Source: Eledone cirrhosa (Eukaryota). From it: 64,000 nucleotides of DNA. The stretch is taken from NCBI GenBank assembly GCA_964016885.1, contig OZ024741.1, positions 343,728,001 through 343,792,000 of the forward strand, written 5' to 3'. Below are positions 1 through 13,732 of the stretch, in pieces. Made by a program: the position numbers and the translations under genes. The notes under the pieces are model-generated. The model was given only the letters and a program-made list of their open reading frames with translations. It did not search any database and was not told the origin of the DNA. Numbering within the stretch: position 1 is the first letter of the stretch; every line of letters begins with the position of its first letter.

Positions 1-659
1 AAGGAAATAAAGAAAGGCAATATACAAAACAAGTTCACACACATAGAAATCTTCACCCTCATCAACTTTCAAACCAGCACAATTTAATTTTGATTCATTG
101 AGAGAACCATTTGAAAATGCTGTAACACGCAACAGAAGCATAAATCCTTCTGCTGGTTTGATGTGTCTGTGATAAAACAAACAGCACAGATAGAAGGACG
201 AAAGAAGACAAAGAAAAAAAAAACACGTTAGTGGACCTCCGAATTTATGCGTTTAGTCTTCCATAGTCGTATTCCCGACTACATGTAAAGTTGTTTTCGT
301 ATCCGGATGTTTTCGTGTTTGGTGACATTCGGACATGCAGTTGGTAAAAAACCATCTTTTTGTATTATTTAACGATTAGATGAATTCCATACAGAGAAAT
401 AAAATGCTACTTCCTTCTGTATTTGTAACTCATTTAAATAATATATTAATCTTTGGTTATTTATTTATTTATCCATTTTATATATACTATGTAATGTAAA
501 ACTATTATGACTGGGAATTTACAAATTGGCTTAAACTGTGAACTGTCTTACTGTGGATAATAAAATCACACCCAAGCATTGAATATGTATGTATGTATGT
601 ATGTATGCATGTATGTATGTATGTATGTATGTATGTATGTATGTATGTATGTATATATG

Positions 660-2853
660 TATGTTCTAGTTATATAATTTTATAAATATTTACGAATAGT
701 GAGAGTCTGTTTCTAACATAGATACAATACTCTCTCATTGGAATTTACACATCAACAAGGTAGATATGTAAGCGTGTCTGCATGCATGCATGTGTAACTA
801 TGAATGTTAATGTCTGTGTGTGGGGGGGGGGTGTTTTGAGTTATATGTGGGCATGTGCATATGCTTTGTATCTGTAAAAGTGTACAGAATTTTTGGAATG
901 TTTTACATATGTTTACTGTACCATTAATGGATTGTACTTGGAATTTCCTAACTAGTTGCGTTCTTTCTGCTGCTGTGAAACCCAGCTTCTCGATTTATAG
1001 TCATATATGAGCATTTATCTTGGCCAGCCTCCATTTCTATATCCTTTGAGAATGTTGTAAGCAGATCAAGATTTTTCTTCATCCCATCAATGTTCTTGGC
1101 ATAGAGTTTCAGGTCATCCACAAAGAAATTATGGGTTAAGTTCATATTTCTGTCCTCCTGTTAGCCAATCATATATCCTTCACAATCCCTGAGCAGAAAG
1201 GATAAGGGGTTTAATGACAGGATAAATAGTATCACAGAGAGACTGTCTCCTTGAAATATACCCCTGTGATATTCTATTTTATCAGTGAAAATAGAGTCCT
1301 CCTCTGCTTTTGTCTTTAGGATAGTAATCCAAGAGGATGACAGTTTCTCTACTGCTCTGATAATAATGCCTGGGACTTTAGCAAATCGGAGGGCCTCTAT
1401 CATCGAAGAGGGGGGAATAGAATCAAATGCGTTCCTGTAGTCCAGCCAAACTGTAGCCATATTCCTCCTAAGTTCTCGCATCTTCGGCATCGTAGTTTTG
1501 TTGATTAGGAGTTTTTCAGCACACCTCCAAATACTTTTCTTTCCAGCTGCTTGTTCATCTGTGATGATGTCATTACTGTCGCAGTGATCTTTGAGGAATA
1601 GGTTCAGGCATGATGTATACATCTTATACATCAGGTTCTGGCATGCAATGGGTCGGTAATTTTTGCCAAGTGGGTGTCTTTGTTCTTGGTGACCAGTATT
1701 GTTTGTGCTAATGTCAACCATTCTGGTATATGTGCATCTCCCTTGAGAGCTTGCTAGTAGAGGTCGATAAGGTACATTCGATAAAATATCAGTTTTTTGT
1801 ACCAGTAGCCGACAATCAAGTCGCTTCCTGGTGTTTTTCTATCACAGTTTCAAGGCTATCCTCCTTTATTTCGTATGTTTTTGTTGTAGTGTAGGAGCAA
1901 TAGTTCTTTTAGATTTCTTTTAGCCACACTGCATCTTGGTTGAAATTCTTCTTTCCACCTCATATTTTTCTCTAGAAGGAATGTCTTTCTGGGATGGGGC
2001 CTCAGTAACATTTATTACTTCTTAATCTTTTATTAATTACTTTTCTGTCATCTACTCTCTTCTGGTATCGACGTTTCTCGCTGACAGCTCTCAATTCTTG
2101 TTTGAGGGTGTTCAGTTCTTGTTGTACTGTTAGCAAACAACGTTTCTATTTTATTTTTCACTTATTGTTGGTGAGGAATGAAGTTTTCAGTTTTTGTTTG
2201 CAAGTAAGGAGCAATGTCACACATCCTATAGTTTTTCGTAGGTCAGCAATCATTTTTTTTCTATTTTGGTTATAGGTGATGGTATTTTTAGTGGTGTTTT
2301 GTTCTTATTAATATCTCTGTTAACACCAATGTAATGCTTCACAGGTATTGATTTGCCAAAATGTGTGGGTTGTAATTCGTCGTAAATACTCATCCCCTAT
2401 TTTGTCAATAGTATGTAAGATTTCATTATTTGGTTTTATTTTGTTTAGTATTGTTGTTTTACTACGTTCATCGAGAGAAATGTTTATACATGAATTAATT
2501 TCTCTTTGATAGATTTCGTTGTATGTATGTATTTATGTATGTATGTTCTTCTGGTTTTATAATTTCACAAAGTTTTACCAATAGACACAAGACTCTCTCA
2601 TTCGAATTTACACAACATCAACTAGGTAGATATGTATGTATGCATGCATGTGTAGATATGGATGTTATTGTATGTGTGGATGTATATGTTTTGAGTTGTA
2701 TGTGTGCATGTGTATATGCTTTGTATCTGTACATGTGGATATGTATGCATGTATATATGTTTTTATGGCTTTATAATTTCACAAATGTTTGCCAATAGAG
2801 AGTGAGTCGGTTTCTAACATAGATACAAACTCTCTCATTGGAATTTACACAAC
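660..2853 (+). repeat. Three copies of a ~90-220 bp repeat unit (about 660-880, 2545-2760, 2765-2853), possibly LINE 3' UTR remnants
   Basis: Shared ...ctctctcatt(g/c)gaatttacac... and ttttgagt..tatgctttgtatctgta blocks next to (TATG)n tracts. Confidence 0.6.
905..2520 (-). mobile_element. Degraded non-LTR retrotransposon RT region, Dong/R4-like
   Basis: ORF 1161-1721 has YRPIAC, WLDYRNAFDS and GIFQGDSLS; ORF 948-1145 has FVDDLKLY. Reading frame is broken by stops and frameshifts. Confidence 0.85.
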
Positions 2854-2920
2854 ATGTATGTATGTATGTATGAATGTATATATGTATGTATGTATGTATA
2901 TATGTATATATATATGTGGA

Positions 2921-3530
2921 TGTCAGGTCACCAGTTGGTGCTACTGGTAACATGTATCCCAGTACAACCTATCCCATGGTCGGGTCATTGGCGACTAAAC
3001 TGGCTACCCTACCAAGGTTTCTTGGTGAGGAGGATAACTTTGGACATCCTGCAGGACTAAAATCAAAACCCGTCAAAGGGCAAAGGAGCTCTTAAGAGTC
3101 AATGGCCATCCAAAATCTCCGGGAGAGATGACCCCTTAGCCTTTGTCAAGGCAGAATTCTAGGAGAAGGAAAACTCTGATGTAACACCTGCAACCCTGAT
3201 GGTATCCGATGATGTTGACTTGTTCTTCTTTTTGGTAAATATCATCTTGGTTAAGGGAGTGGGACTGGCTTTGTGCAGTGCCTTTGCTCACTATAAAAGC
3301 TTCACGACACAGGCATTGCTTTATATCTGGAGATCTCTCTGCACTTGTCGTCACATGGTACCATGGGCCCAGCACTATGTGTCGATAATTGTCACAAGTG
3401 TAGTGTTTGTACCAGAGTTTTCAAGTCGCTGGCTGGACTAAAAAGTGACGCTCGTTCAGCGCATCGGCTGGAGTTCTCCTACATGGATATAAAGTAGTGG
3501 CCGTACTCGAAAACGAGTTGGCAGCCACCA
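2921..3530 (+). mobile_element. ~610-bp non-coding interspersed repeat, copy 1 (probably a non-autonomous RTE-derived retroelement)
   Basis: Near-identical to 13733-14341, 36432-37041 and 37768-38364. Sharp ends tgtcaggtcacc...gttggcagccacca, bounded by (TA/TACA)n. Confidence 0.8.
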
Positions 3531-3548
3531 TATATATGTATGTGTGTG

Positions 3549-3600
<52 letters not shown>

Positions 3601-3728
3601 TAGATAGTATTAATATATAAGGGAACAAAAAATGATTGTTGCATCATATACATATTTTATTACATATCACATATGTTTCATTGTCGATCAGCTCGAGGAA
3701 CGATCTATTAATGATCGAAGCTGACTCT

Positions 3729-3851
<123 letters not shown>

Positions 3852-4474
3852 AACAAATATCATCATGCAATAACATTTATGTTTTCATCAGATAAAATAG
3901 GAAGACATGATATGAAGGTTAAAAAACACTTGTGGATAGTGCAGCTTTAAATCAACATATGAACAGTAGACAGTAGTTTTAGATTGATGTGTGATATTGG
4001 GAAAAAAAACTTTTTGAGGGGGGGGGGTGGAAAGGATGAAAAAGAGGAGGAGATGAGAGTAAAAAGTGGAGGGGGAGGAGTATAATGAGGAAGGATGAGA
4101 TAGGAGGAGAGATGGGTGATAGAGAGAGAGAGATAGCTTTGATAACTGAGAAAAATATATTGTTTTACATAGAGAGGTTGAAAAACCGTTGGAAGATAAT
4201 GTATAAATTAAAAGAATTTGAAAATTAACGAAGAGAAAAATAATGTAAAGTTAAGGTTTGTATATTGAAGGGTTTAATAATATGTGCGATGGAAAGAAAA
4301 TGTTAATATGTATTAAGAATAATATTTAAGGGTTTAATAATATGTGCGATGGAAAGAAAATGTGGATATGTATTATTAAAAATAGCAAAGGTAATGTAAG
4401 TAAGAATATATTGTGAAAAAAGTAGAAGATGGGATGAAATAGTTAGATGAGCATGAAAGTGAGAAAAAAATAAT

Positions 4475-4661
4475 TGTTTCTACTTTAGGCACAAGGCCAG
4501 CAATTGCACAGTGCATTACTGGTACTTTATTTTATCGACCCCGTAAGGATGAAAGGCAAAGTCAATCTCGGCGGGATTTGAACTCAGATCGTAAAGGGAC
4601 GTAACTATGCTGGAAAGCATGGCGTCCGACCCTCTACCGATACTGCCAATCCACCGCCCTT
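4475..4661 (-). mobile_element. tRNA-derived SINE (Meta-domain type) inserted in the PLE, with 17-bp TSD
   Basis: B-box gagttcaaatccc and gcctttcatccttacggggtcgataaa domain on the minus strand. TSD agtgagaaaaaaataat at 4458-4474 and 4662-4678. Confidence 0.85.
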
Positions 4662-6319
4662 AGTGAGAAAAAAATAATGAATTGAGGATGAATAATCTCA
4701 CGTCAAAAAAATGTTTATGTTTACGAAGGATTTTTTCAAGGTGATATCAAGTAAGAATATATTGTATTGTGTAATAATTGTTTCTATGTTAGGCACAGTG
4801 AGAAAAGGTACAGATTAGGGGTTAGAAATTAAAGAAAAAGAAAATAAAAGGAAAAGGAAGAAAGGGAAGTGATAAATAGGAGTGATATAGAATGAGTAAC
4901 AAGTATTGTATAATGTATAATAAATAACTTTGAAATAAGGTAGAAAGATGGGTATATTTTTAAAGAAGTATATATATATACATGTGCCTTTGAGAAAAGG
5001 ATTCTAAATTGATAAAGTATTGGATATTAGCTGTATACTTTATGGAATGTTCTGTGGAATTTATGCAAGCAGAGAGAAAACAAGTCAGTGCGTCTATTTA
5101 TTATAGAATCTAAATTAGATATAATGGTAAATTTTTCATTTAGACAGAGATTGCAAGTCTTGGATAGAGAACTGTTCAAGTATGGATAAGCAGAAGAAAC
5201 CTTTTTCCAAGAGATGTTATATTTAATATTTTTGTCTTTCAAGGACCATATGAGTTCTGAGAGAGCCGTGTTGGTTCTTTTAAGTTGGTATTTAAAAGAT
5301 GAATGATGATTATAAAGACTAGCTTTAAAGGAGGTGGAAGTGGAGCCAAAATAGGTGAAGGAATTGGTGTCAGTTATAACTTTACATTCGTAGATTAAGT
5401 TTTTATCAAGACAATGGTTGTTGAGAGGACATTTATTTTTAACAGGGCAATTGCAATTGCGATTAGAGAGATTATTAACGAGTGACCTAGTGTTATCTAT
5501 AGAAGGAATTGGATTGGAGAAGTTATTTGCGATAGGAATAATAGTTTCTTGATTTAGAATGGGATTAAGAACATTTAGCGAAGTTGTGTTTGACGTTATA
5601 TTTGGGTTTTCAGAAATTAGTCTAGAGTTTACAATGACGTCGGGAGTACTATTACTATTATTATGATATTCAGTGTTGGAAGGAAGAGATTTAGTATTTA
5701 GTATTTTATTGTTGTGTTTAGAGATAATGTTGGAAATGTTGGAGGATGTCGAATAGGAAAATTTTATAGTGTGTTTGTTAAATATTTTACTATAGATATG
5801 TGAGGGAGGGAAGCATTTATTTAAGGCACTAAAGAATAATTTAGGAATATTATTATTAATAGAGATGGAGAAAGGAGCATTATACCAGATTATGTTTTTG
5901 TATCTAGGTCTTTTATTAAAGTTATTGGAATGATCATGATTGATTATTCTACTGTAAGATCTTCTAGAATTTGTTTCTTTACTATATTTGATTTTATCAG
6001 GATAGCCGGATTTAGAAAGCGCGTTATTATAATAATTGGCGTTAGCACCAAAGATGTTTTTATTAGAATATAGGTTTGATATTCTTTTTCCAATATTACT
6101 ATCTCTCTCTCTCTATCACTCATCTCTCCTCCTATCTCATCCTTCCTCATTATACTCCTCCCCCTCCACTTTTTTCTCTCATCTCCTCCTCTTTTTCATC
6201 CTCCCCCCCAAAAACATTTTTTTTCTCAATATCACACATCAATCTAAAACTACTTTTCATATGTTGATTTAAAACTGCACTATCCACAAGTGTTTTTTAA
6301 CCTTCATATCATGTCTTCC

Positions 6320-6390
6320 TATTTTATCTGATGAAAACACAAATGTTATTGCATGATGATATTTGTTTTTGAAATGCGCATAATAAAATA
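6320..6390 (+). ncRNA. Minimal type I hammerhead ribozyme, intact core
   Basis: Stem I tattttat/ataaaata; CTGATGA 6328-6334; stem II acaaatgttatt-gcat-gatgatatttgt; GAAA-T-GCGC-A-TA. Confidence 0.85.
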
Positions 6391-6432
6391 CATGGAACTC
6401 TTTTAACCATCATTTGATCTTATATATTATCT

Positions 6433-6483
<51 letters not shown>

Positions 6484-6489
<6 letters not shown>

Positions 6490-7580
6490 TATCAAAGTTG
6501 TGTTCAAATCCTTTAATAGCTGACAATCGTTTCTTCCAAACCTCGTTTGGAGTCATCGAAGCATTATCAATGTTCGCACATATAATTACCCTCCTATTCA
6601 ACTGGACAATAATATAGATACATATAAATTAATGTTGTGAGCAACAGTTTCGTATTTACAAGGTGGAATCGATGTGACATATTTTACGAGAATTGTACAA
6701 TAATTGTACAAACATTCAAGTTAAAATTCAAATCAAAATCAAAATTAAAATCAAAAGCACGGAGTGGAATACATGCAACAGTTAAAACAAGGGAATAGTA
6801 CAAATATTAAAGAGGCATTGAGGAAGCAGTTTTGAGAAAGGAAGAGTGCGATAACAAATCATATGCAGGCATGTGGATAGTGTGATTGCGTAAGTCATAT
6901 ATATGAGGAGACAAAGCAAAGCTATTATGCATATATAGATGAATAAATACATTATCATATTTGCTTCAACTGCAGTATTTATTCATCTATATATGCATAA
7001 TAGCTTTGCTTGTCTCATTCTCATGTATATGACTTACGCAGTCACACTATCCACACGCCTGCATATGATTTGTTATCGCACTCTTCCTTTCTCAAAACTG
7101 CTTCCTCAATGCCTCTTTAATATTTGGACTATTCCCTTGTTTTAACTGTTGCATGTATTCCACTCCGTGCTTTTGATTTTAATTTTGATTTTGATTTGAA
7201 TTTGAAGATGAATGTTTGTACAATTGTTGTAAAATATATATCAATTCCATTCCACCCTGTAAATACGAAACAGTTGCTCACAACATCAATTTATATGTAT
7301 CTATAATATTGTTCAGTTGAATAGGAGGGTAATTATATGTGCAAACAATGATAATGCTCCGATGACTCCAAACGAGAGTTTGGAAGAAACGATTGTCAGC
7401 TATTAAATGATTTGAACACAACTTTGATAATTGTATAATTTATTTATTTAACTGCTCTGTAAAACAACTGATGTTCTTACATTGAGCTATTTCTCTTACT
7501 GATAATAAGGTAATTAAGAAATTACTGACCTTCCTGTTTATAGTTGTTTATACTAATTACATAACTATAAATAGTATTAT
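6484..7580. mobile_element. ORF-less fold-back element: ~470-bp inverted arms (6484-6950 / 6973-7436) plus tail, flanked by (TA)n
   Basis: Arms are reverse complements and each carries an HHR-like motif. Confidence 0.8.
7352..7405 (+). ncRNA. Hammerhead-like motif with CCGATGA core (mirror copy 6514-6566 on minus strand has TCGATGA)
   Basis: gct-CCGATGA-c-tccaaac-gaga-gtttgga-a-GAAAC-GATT-GTC-agc. Confidence 0.6.
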
Positions 7581-7724
7581 TATATATATATATATATGAG
7601 AAATTCGGGAAATTTTCATATCACCTACTCTATTACCCTAAGTATCGAGTACTCTGGTGAGTAATGGTCTAACTGGTTTGTAGCGCCTTCATTCCGATAT
7701 AAATACACACGCACACACCCCACT

Positions 7725-7788
<64 letters not shown>

Positions 7789-7808
7789 AATATATAATAT
7801 ATATATAA

Positions 7809-7891
<83 letters not shown>

Positions 7892-7920
7892 TTGTGTGTG
7901 TATATATCTATATATGTGTG

Positions 7921-7955
<35 letters not shown>

Positions 7956-8021
7956 ATACGTATATATTATATATATATACATATATATAATATATTTATA
8001 TATATATATATTATATATTTG

Positions 8022-8140
8022 AAGGCATGTGGCTGAGTGGTTAGAGAATTGGATTCGCAATCGTAAGGTTGTGAGTTCGATTCCTGGACAGGGCGATGCG
8101 TTATGTCCTTGAGCAAGACACTTCATTTCACGTTGCTCCT
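8022..8140 (+). mobile_element. tRNA-derived SINE 5' head (second family), truncated
   Basis: A-box tggctgagtgg, B-box gagttcgattcc, followed by tgtccttgagcaagacactt. Confidence 0.7.
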
Positions 8141-8399
8141 TCTACCTGGAGTTGCGACCGATAGATCGTATTAGCAATTGGAAAGACCAACGGAAACATT
8201 GTTTCGTCGGTCCGATTTGTCGAAAGTCGATCGTGCCTATATATATATATATATGTGCGTGCGCGTGTGCGTGCGTCTATGTGTGTATACATATATATAT
8301 ATAACGAAGGAAGTGTGGTAAGGAACCAGGTGGACCATAACGCACCAGTGTATTTAATACTTAGGGTAGTAGAGTGAGTAAGAGGAAACATTTCAAGAT

Positions 8400-9977
8400 C
8401 CCGACGTCAGAGCTCAAGCTACTTCTCGACTAAATTAGATTTTTAGCGTGGTAATAAAATCGCCGAAATTTTGAAGGGGTAATTCTATATCTTGCATTTC
8501 TGAATCTTGTAGTTGTCAAAAGGATTGGTCAACATTTCTTGTAGCCACAATTAAATCTTTCATGACGTTGAGTGGGGGGGGGGGGGTAGCTGAACTTGCC
8601 TGTAGAAGAAAGAGGGAGTGGGTTAAGCTGGTCAAGCGTTGAAAGTGAATTCTATACAGCAAATTCTAAGGAATGTGGATGAATTAGGCTAGCTAGAAAG
8701 CAGGCGAAAAAAGAATTCTAGAGGAATCTGAGAGTGGGAAGTTATGAAATTAAAAAATTAAAAAGTTAATAAATTAAAATAAAAATATTGAAAAATAATA
8801 GGTAAAATAATATAAAAAAATTAAATAATAAAAAATAATAAAAAAATCTAGAGTCTAAAACAGCTGCTATATTTTTAGCTGGTATTGCGTTTTCGGCCAA
8901 TTCTATATAGAATTTACTGTGGTGGGATACTGAGGCTACAAAAGCCCGATGGGCTGCCTCAGGGTAAGCGAAACAGACAAAAGAAAAGGAAGAGGAGAGG
9001 GAGTGGAAGGAGGTGAGAAGAAGAGATAAAGGCAATTAACGAAAAGAATTACATCTACCTATGTATGCTGGGGTTTCCCCTATCTTGTTCGGCAAGTGGG
9101 GAAAAGAAGGATGTTACAGCCATTGTCTACCCCCCGGGTCATGATGGGATTTGAGGGCAAGGTAAGTCCTACGCAATCGGTGTTTACATGCGGTTACAAG
9201 TTCGTCTTTTTTGTTTAGGAGTTGGTCCTTCGTAAACAGCATTTGTATTGTTTCCTCCGAGCATAAGTTACATGGACGGCGTCTTTCCGTGTAGGAGTTA
9301 GCCCTGGAGAGTAAGCTCCAAGTAAGATGGTATGTGCTGTTATTATCTTGGAGGTCCCAAATGTGGCCCAAAAGTATAGTGGCATGTCGCCGGGCGGGGT
9401 TTCTGAACGTATGTCAGTGTTAGTAGAGCCAGTTCTTAAAGTAACAAGCGGTTAATCCTATATAGGCTTTGTTGGAGTTTGGCTGGTCGGCTCTCAACTA
9501 ATCATTTTTAGACTCCTCGGCAAACACTTCCCATCACAACACCGCTACCACAACATAATAAACAAAAACGCTACCAAACTCTCTTCCAACACCACACCCA
9601 ACTTCGCACAAAGCCTCGCCTCCTCAAACAACAAGAAACTCAATTCCTATGGAAGAAACAACCTAGACATTAGTGGAGAGCCGACGATGTGGTGTAACTC
9701 CCCGGATAGATCAACGTGGCCCCTCAACAACAGATGCCGAGAACGTAACATGATCTACCAATGCAACGTGAGGACGGAAAACTCCAACAAAGCCTATATA
9801 AGATTAATCGCTTGTGACTTTAAGACCCAGCTCTACCAAGACCGACATACGTTCAGAAACCCGGCCCGGCGACATGCCACTACACTTTCGGGCCACATCT
9901 GGGACCTTCAATATAATAACATCACATACCATCTTACTTGCAGCTTATTCTGCAGGGCTAACTCCTACACGGGAGGA
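8400..9977 (-). mobile_element. Penelope-like GIY-YIG remnant in inverted arrangement (9283-9481 vs 9781-9975)
   Basis: ORF 9114-9371 (-) has CNLC..E..LNKKDEL...CKH; ORF 9687-10061 (+) has IYQC..AYIRLIAC.FKT. The two pieces are inverted duplicates. Confidence 0.8.
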
Positions 9978-9979
9978 CA

Positions 9980-10135
9980 CATTACGCCACAACTACACAT
10001 CTATACATGTCACTTAACGTTTGAAATTCATGAAACTGTGAAACCCGTAAAGTTATTGTAAATAAATTCTCTTAAAGGCTCCAATTACATTTTCAACTTC
10101 TATATTTTTACCCACGGATAAAAGAAAAACTTTAC
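9980..10135 (+). mobile_element. Diverged pseudo-LTR fragment related to the 44.4-44.6 kb PLE end, with a degenerate HHR at 10015-10055
   Basis: ttgaaat...tgtgaaacccgtaaagtt...cttaaaggctccaattacattttcaa matches 50996-51075. Confidence 0.55.
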
Positions 10136-10225
10136 TTTACGATATATATATATTTATATATATATATGTATTTATGTATATGTATAAATATATGTATATA
10201 TATAAATATATGTATATATATATGT

Positions 10226-10288
<63 letters not shown>

Positions 10289-10398
10289 ACATATATATAC
10301 ATATTAAACAACAAAATAAAGATTAAATTGTTAGTTACATATATTAGCATTATGTATATATATATATACATATATATCTGTGTGTTTGTGCATGTGCG

Positions 10399-10478
<80 letters not shown>

Positions 10479-11129
10479 TGTGTGTGTGTGCTTGTGTATG
10501 TGTGTGTATATGCATTATGTGTTTATGTATATGAGCGGCTATATATATATATATGTGTCTGTACACACGCCAAAATGTCTTGTTTAAAGAGATAAGCAAA
10601 TTCAATAATTACCGAGTGTTTTCTTATCCGTCATTTCTACACATTATATGGGCTTCTTTTAATTTAATATCCGTCCAATATTTATCAAGTATTTTCTTGA
10701 ATTTGTTGGTAATCTTTAACTCGACAACCTTTCTTGGGTATCGATTCCAGATTTTATTGATCTAGAATCTTTTTTTTCTTTTCTGTCCTGTTAGCATACT
10801 GTATCCTGTTTTAAATAATTTATGTCAATGGCGTCCTGTAGATAACTGATGGAATTCCAATTCATCTTCGTTGTTGACCGAGAAATTTCCTGTTATCGTC
10901 TTTCATAATATATCACATCTTCCCTTCTCAGTCTGAAGAACAATGAAGACAAATCAATCGCTTAATGTGTGATTTTATGTGGCAATTCTTTATATTTCGC
11001 AATCAATTTACAGACATTCCATTGGATTTGCGCAATGTATTCACAGATTTGATCCACGCAAGAAATGTGGTCGCCAAATTACGTTTCTTTATCCTAAGTG
11101 TGATGTAATCATCGTCTTGAATAATATTG

Positions 11130-11345
11130 GTTTCTTATATAGGCACAAGGCCAGCAATTTTCGTGGAAAAGAAAGTGGATTGAATCGAATCCAGTGTATT
11201 ACTGGTACTTTATTTTATCGACCCCGTAAGGATGAAAGGCAAAGTTAACCTCAGCGGGATTTGAACTCAGATCATAAAGGGCCGTAACTCTATGCTGCAA
11301 AGCATGACGTCCGACCCTTTATTGATACTGCCAATGCACTGCGCT
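11130..11345 (-). mobile_element. Meta-domain tRNA-derived SINE
   Basis: Same family as 4475-4661; flanked by atcgtcttga(a/g)taatattg. Confidence 0.85.
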
Positions 11346-11364
11346 ATCGTCTTGAGTAATATTG

Positions 11365-11613
11365 ATTTCTAGTATAGGCACAAGGCCAGTAATTTCGGGG
11401 GAAGGGGAAAGTCGATTGAATCGACCCCAGTGCGTGCCTGGTACTTTATTCTATCCACCCCGTAAGGACGAAAGGCAATATTTCATCGACCCCGTAAGGA
11501 TGAAAGGCAAAGTTAACCTCAGCGGGATTTGAACTCAGAATGGCAAGGGCCGTAACTCTATGCTGCAAATCATGGCGTCCGACCCTCTATTGATACTGCC
11601 AATCCACCGCCCT
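11365..11613 (-). mobile_element. Meta-domain tRNA-derived SINE with a short internal duplication
   Basis: Second tandem copy; ccccgtaagga(c/t)gaaaggcaa occurs twice. Confidence 0.85.
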
Positions 11614-11923
11614 ATCGCCTTGAGTAACATTGAAAGAAGTTTTTTCTATTTATTTCCTGTAGGTCTTTGCAAAACGTTGTATTCGTAATTCTAGGAATGA
11701 CTCTGCAGAATAATTGGCAGAACTGGGAGAGTGACGGTAAGAATTTGTCCCCATCCCCTCACGTTCTATGTTAATATCCTCATCGCATTGACTATAACAT
11801 TTGACGAATACATACGAATCATATTAATTGAAATCTGTGTGTAAATCCATCTCTCTAACTTCCTCTCTTTGTTTATCTATCTATGTTTCTCTCCCTCTGT
11901 CTGTGTATCCCCTCCTCTATCTT

Positions 11924-12008
<85 letters not shown>

Positions 12009-12125
12009 ATGTATATATATATACATATACCACTACTACCATTACCTTTTTATTGCATGAGTAATGATTAATTAATTAATTATCTATTTAATCTTATTGT
12101 CAGGCAGTTTTTGTTTGTTTATTTG

Positions 12126-12179
<54 letters not shown>

Positions 12180-12217
12180 TAATATATATGTGTGTGTGCG
12201 TGCGTGTGTTTGTGTTA

Positions 12218-12400
12218 GAAAGAGCCAGGGCCTGACGGTTGAGCTCCTGCCGTTTCAACAGCTAGTTCTAATCAGGAACTAGCTGTTGAACCGGAAAGAT
12301 CACAGCCGTCGGGCGCCAACTCATTCTAATATTGTCACACTCTACTATCCCAAGTATCGAGTACTCTGTTTAAAACTGGCTTAATCCTGATATAAAAACA
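12218..12400 (+). mobile_element. Diverged member of the small fold-back family seen at 46328, 53345 and 54318
   Basis: Inverted ttcaacagctagttc...gaactagctgttgaa, then tail actctactatcccaagtatcgagtactctg. Confidence 0.6.
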
Positions 12401-13054
12401 CAAGCACCAGTTTAGTTTTACTTCAGTTATATTATGTCTTATAACTAATTCATTATCAAAGCTCTTTTGTCACCCACTATGTGAAATTCTTCTTCTCGAC
12501 TTTGTCCTAATTACTTAATTTTGTCTTTCTGTAGTGTCTTTCTGCTGACACATACATATATAAATCTTCTTCACAAATACGTTTCTTGCGATTATCAGTC
12601 ACATTTTCTTCATAATGCACTGGACTCTGCCAGAATACACCTATTTGCTCTATTCAATATTTTTTTATTCGAGTTATCTTTATCTGCGACCGAATGTCTG
12701 AGTTTTGCTTCTAACCTTATTCGCTTTACTCTATCTTGACAAAGGACAAATATGCGAAACGAATGATTATTTCGTTCTCCTCCTGTTGACAGCATAATGA
12801 CATTGAATAATATTTTTACATTTTCATTTTTGGTTCCTCTTTCCCCTGCATTTGGTTGCGTTTTAACATTGTAAACCAATATAGGAAAGGTAGAAAGATT
12901 TACAGAGACAAAGAGAGAAAGAGAATAAAAGACACAGGAAGTTAGAGAAATGTATACGCGACCGACGATGTAATATACCCACATACATTTATATCATATA
13001 TTATGTAAATCATTTATATTATATTATATTATTCTATATTGTATTATATTATGT

Positions 13055-13177
<123 letters not shown>

Positions 13178-13336
13178 GTGTTTTTGTTTTTAGCTTTTCT
13201 ATACAGCGCGAGTATGACATCGGGAAATAGATGGGCATCTCTAGCTGTATACTGTTTGCATTTATTTTAGTGAAACAGGTTGCTATTGACAATATGATTC
13301 TCTACATACTTGATGAAGCATATTACAGATTTAAAG

Positions 13337-13500
13337 AGGTGGCGAATTGGCAGAGTTATTAGAACCTCGGATAGAATGCTTTGCAATATTCGTTCCGGCT
13401 CTCTGCTCTCGAGTTTAAATCCCTCTCAGGTCAACTTTGCCTTTCATCCTTTCAGAGTCGAGAAAAAAATAGTACCAGTTTAGTACTGGGTGGATTCTTC
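13337..13500 (+). mobile_element. Diverged Meta-domain SINE
   Basis: ggtggcgaattggcag...actttgcctttcatcctttcagagtcga...agtaccagt. Confidence 0.7.
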
Positions 13501-13732
13501 CCCTAAATCTCTTTCCCATTTCCTCTCTCTCGCTTTCTATCTTTTTCTGGGAGAAATCTGCCTTGAAAGGGATGGGCTTTACAAGGCTTAAAATGCCCAA
13601 GATACGCCGTCTCTCAATAAGGAGGCCTCACGACTCTACCAGGAGTCACGGGACCATACATACATACATACATACATACATACATACATACATACATACA
13701 TACATACATACATACATACATACATACATACA

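Noticed and set aside
104-158. Possible HHR (ttgaaaa-tgct...agcat-aaa)
   Set aside because: GAAA and stem III are not recoverable; too degenerate to call.
3136-3441. Recurring 79-80 aa ORFs (MLGPWYHV..., MVS.DVDLFF...) in several copies
   Set aside because: They recur only because they lie in the 610-bp repeat. They overlap on opposite strands, have no recognisable motif, and copy 4 carries indels.
8022-8095. tRNA gene
   Set aside because: A and B boxes are present, but the acceptor stem is not intact and the sequence runs into a SINE body.
8929-8966. Possible HHR in the PLE pLTR (ctgaggc-agccc-atc-gggc on the minus strand)
   Set aside because: The core is mutated and GAAA is absent.
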